Positions 60,038 to 64,000 of a stretch of DNA of 64,000 bases are shown one piece after another; the first letter of the stretch is position 1, and the number at the start of each line of letters is the position of its first letter. The position numbers were made by a program, and so were the translations under genes. The stretch is from assembly GCA_039096225.1 (NCBI GenBank), contig JBBPEB010000026.1, forward strand, positions 806,001 through 870,000. Direction: 5' to 3'. This DNA comes from Blastocystis sp. Blastoise. Its lineage: Eukaryota > Protista > Bigyra: Opalinata. The notes beneath the pieces are model-generated. The model saw nothing but the letters and a program-made list of their open reading frames with translations, did not search any database and was not told the origin of the DNA.

Positions 60038-63000
60038 CTAGGTAATATGGCGTGTCATAAACACTGTATTTGTAACAACGATTTCAGAACTAACTACATT
60101 TTTATTCTTCTGTTTTACCTTCTTGGCCTATATATATAATTATAAACTGATACAAAAACAGATTAAATGAATATACTTGTTTTTCTTCATATGAATCATC
60201 AATATTCTTATGAATATCATCATGAACGTCTACAATAATAAGATTATCTGGTTCAATACATGTTACTGGTATAAAAGATGAATACTCATTGTCCTTTGGT
60301 ATAATTCTATTTGAATCTTCTACAATATAATACAAACCTGTTGAAGAAATATGACACTCAGGATATTCATGTTTCTTTATCAGAATAGATGATCCTATTT
60401 GGATATAATATAATGCCTTAATTAGGTGTACTATATCTTTCTTCTCATTATCATTTGTTAAATACATTATATAAGAATTATCAATTGTTTCTATTCCTTC
60501 ATCTATATCAGAAGAATTAAATATTATAGAATCATTTATCATTATCTCAGAATAGAATGCTATTACTACATTTTTTAGATTATTAACTAATACTCGATAT
60601 ATATCAGGATCATTAATACTACTATTTATATTTGCTATTTTACTAGAATTTATATCTTTCCATAATACTTCTTTAATATGATTGTCATTTGATAACAGAA
60701 GAAGCTTTATTATTTCTTTTATATCTGATTGAGATAAATTAATAGAATCAATTCCTCTAATACCTTTTATGAGTTTAATACGTTCATTGTTTGTATGAAC
60801 TTCTTTGAAACATTCAGTTAACTCATTCTGAAATGATTCATCCTCATTTAATTCAATCCCAACTTCATCATATGTTTCTTTATTTCCTTCTAAACTTAGA
60901 TTAGAATTACTACTATCAATATTTTTATTATTAATATGTATATCTGCTATTTCTCTTTCAATAATGCATCTCATACAGGATTCATTATATTGCTTTCTTC
61001 CAAAAGTTATTCTTTTTAGATAAGAGTAAAATCGTTCTGATTCGTATGTGGAAGCATATATAATTGATCCAGCGTTAATAATAGTCTCTGGAAGATGCTT
61101 CAGATAATGAATCTGAGTATTTATCAACTCCTTTGGGAGTAATAACTCGAAAAGGAAACATATTATATTACATTGATTTTTAAATACCTCCAGATTCTGA
61201 GGAGAAGAATTACCTTTAAAACAATATATCTGACGAATGATTGTTGCTAATGGATCTATTAGTATAACAAGAGGAGAATCTGTGTAATAGAAATCTGCAG
61301 TAATAAGAGGTAAGATACAGGAGGTAAAGAATATTCTGGAATGTGAAGACATCCTCCAGAACTTCTTTTCATTCATGATATATCTAAACTCATATTCATG
61401 GTTATTATATAATGTATTTACTGCAGATACTCTAGTAGTAATAATAGACATATTTTCTTTATCAAAACATAGTTTTTCAATTAATGATTCACTAGGATCT
61501 ATTCCTTCTTTTGATATCTTTGAGTAATTATCTTTTGCATTATAATGAAACAGAAGACATAGAAGAAGAGTACAAACATTATTAAACAAATGCATAGGGT
61601 CAAGAATAAAACTTGTAGCTGAATCGAAATAGGTTAATGATTCAAAAACACTAGGAACTTGTTTTATTCCATTAGTAGATCCACTCTCTCCATTACTGTA
61701 TCTATTAAGCAATATAGAAGAATTTGTTCTTTGTAAATAAGATATTTTAGTCAAAGCATCATTATATATATAACTAGAAGGAATTGATTTTGTAAGAATT
61801 TGGATACTACTATTATTACTGTCATTGGGTTGATTAGTATTATAGGTATTATTATCTTGAGACGAATTTAGAGAACATGAAGGATACAAGATTCTCTTAA
61901 TACTTTTATTATTAGTATCAACAGTAATATAATTTTCAATACTTTGATATGTACATTTTATTCCTTGGTGGAATTCTGATGTACTTCGATTCCAATTAAG
62001 CTCACAATATCTGCATGGGAATGAAGATGAAGATCCAGAGAAACCACCAATAGTAGAAACTGCTGCACAATCACCAAAAACATTTAGTAATACTCCAACC
62101 ACTTTTTTCTTTATAATCCTATTATCTATATATATATCCATTTCTATTCCAGATGATAGTATAGAAAATTCTTTTATTAATAAAGTTAGAATGGTATTAG
62201 AATATGATTCCTTTGTTACTGAATAAACCCAGAAAGAACGATTATCTGATATTCTATTATAATTATAATTCAATAACTTGAGAAGAATAGGAAAAGAAGA
62301 TTGATTAATCTGTGATAATGGATTTGTAAAAACACTTATTCCATCACATGTCATATCAAATGTCAAAAATATATCCCCATTATTTATGACCTTACTCATA
62401 TACTGTCGATAATTCTTACCTGACATATAGGCTGGTAACTTGCTTGGCAAAGATTCTACAGGCATAGAAAGATATTGAATTATTTGTTCTTTAGAATAGT
62501 ATGATATTTCATTTATAAACTTCTTAGAAGATAGGAATTTACGAATTCGTGGTATAAGAGGAATAATTGATGTTTTAATTCCTATATATTTGAATAGTTA
62601 TATTGAATATAATGTATATTATGTATAAACAATAATAATAATAATGGAAATATTGAGAATGAAATTGAGATATATATAATATAATAAGAATGAATGATAT
62701 AGACTCTACATATACTAATATTCAAATTATTAATATTTAAAAATAGTGTATATTATTGTCTATAATAAGAATTATATTCTATTCTAATAAAATAGTATAT
62801 ATGAAGAAGTATATCAAATTTATATATTCAATAATAATATATATATACTAAAAATAATATGGATTAAGGATAAATATATTAAAAATAATAAATTGAATAA
62901 TATAATAAAATAATGAATTGGAATATTATATAAATATAAAGAAATACGTTAATCCTATATAGCAAACAATATATTGAAATATTAGATTAAGAATAATAGA

Positions 63001-63883
63001 AAGGAATGTTTCAAATAATATTACTATAATATACTAACAATAATAATTATTGAAATAATATATATAATAATGATATATCTAATGATAATTGAATTGTATA
63101 TCGAACAATATATCAAAAAATTATAATAAGAATACTATAATGGTATTATATACTAATATTAATATACAAAAAACATATATAAAGATAGTATATATATAAT
63201 GACTATATGTATATATATATACCTGTATTTGGTCCACATTCTTCATTACTACATTGTATCTTTTCCTGCTCTAATAGATTTCTTCCTCCATTAAATCCTA
63301 GTAACTTAGTACAGTTTCTGCAAATATATAGATTTTTGTGAATTGGTATCTCATTATTGGAAGAACAATACTTTCGAACTATGTCTTGGCCACTCTTCGG
63401 AATATATAGCAATTCATGTTGTGGTGCTACTAATTTGATTATATTATTTGCTAACTCGTAAAGTTGTTTTATGTGTTCTTTACTTATCCTAAGTTCACAC
63501 CAACAAATATATATAAAATCATCAAGTGTTGATGTTTTATTTTCGTCTTCTTTGAATATTTTATTCTACAATAATATATATGCATTATTATAAATAGGAT
63601 TAATGATTATATCCATTATAAAACATATTTAAATAATATATATATACGCAATTCACTACATTATCTAAAAATGCATCCATTATTGATACTTCTTCTTGAG
63701 AACTAGTGTTATCACCTTGAAATGAGTCTTCACAATATTGTAATGTATCCTCATAATCATTTGTCATAGTAGGAAGTTCATCATCAATTGAGATACCTAT
63801 GTATACATATGTATATAAGTAGTAGAATCATTACGATTCCTTTTTGGTTGAAAACCAGGAATATCAAAAAGTCGTGTACCCAT
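60038..63883 (-). CDS. CACTA TnpD/Tnp2-type DDE transposase, intron-containing, apparently intact
   Basis: Spliced MGTRLFDIPG.. then YICRNC..C..C zinc knuckle, IIPLIPRIRKF, LTFDMTCDGISVF..SFPILL (Transposase_21), FGDCAA..GFSG..PCRYC, LDPMHL and QIHYLKHLPETIINAGSIIYASTYESERFYSYLK (DUF4218-like). Putative D/D/E in CDG, GDC and ESER. No stops in the exons. Confidence 0.9.
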
Positions 63884-64000
63884 TTTAGAAATAGAATAAA
63901 GAAAAATAATGTTTAGAAAAATTTAGATTTTTATATTAATAATTTGAATTAATTATCTCAAATTTCATTTTATTTAGGTTTTACTTAACATAATATGCTT

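Larger units (their letters stand above)
58251..64000. mobile_element. CACTA (EnSpm/CMC) transposon, left terminus CACTG at 58251, other end beyond window
   Basis: Host exon coding character stops abruptly at ..TTTATCTCTA|CACTGCTACTAC, followed by CTACTA-rich subterminal repeats. A CACTA transposase lies downstream. The second TIR is not in the window. Confidence 0.7.

Overview
Extremely AT-rich, intron-dense eukaryotic DNA. Introns are GT-AG, typically GTATAT...ATATAG, and usually filled with microsatellites. Gene content and the short 27-38 nt first introns suggest a protist, possibly a Blastocystis-like stramenopile (inference only). Most short ORFs in the track are microsatellite artefacts; the real genes were rebuilt here by splicing by eye, so internal exon boundaries are approximate. 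In order: a 5'-truncated Arb2/FAM172-FYVE-AGC kinase fusion; condensin II kleisin NCAPH2; a domesticated pogo/CENP-B-type protein with two HTH modules plus a segment resembling the RAG1 nonamer-binding domain; NOC4; codanin-1; SNF1/AMPK-alpha; a PIWI-clade Argonaute lacking its slicer residues; a small probable mitochondrial protein; a giant acidic-repeat protein; a LicD/FKRP-like transferase; a 1.5 kb non-autonomous CACTA-like element; a fucosyltransferase; and an MLL3/4-like PHD-bromodomain gene interrupted by a CACTA element with an apparently intact transposase. Across genes and promoters, a GC-rich pseudo-palindromic motif (TTCCCRYG[GGAA]) recurs far more often than base composition predicts.
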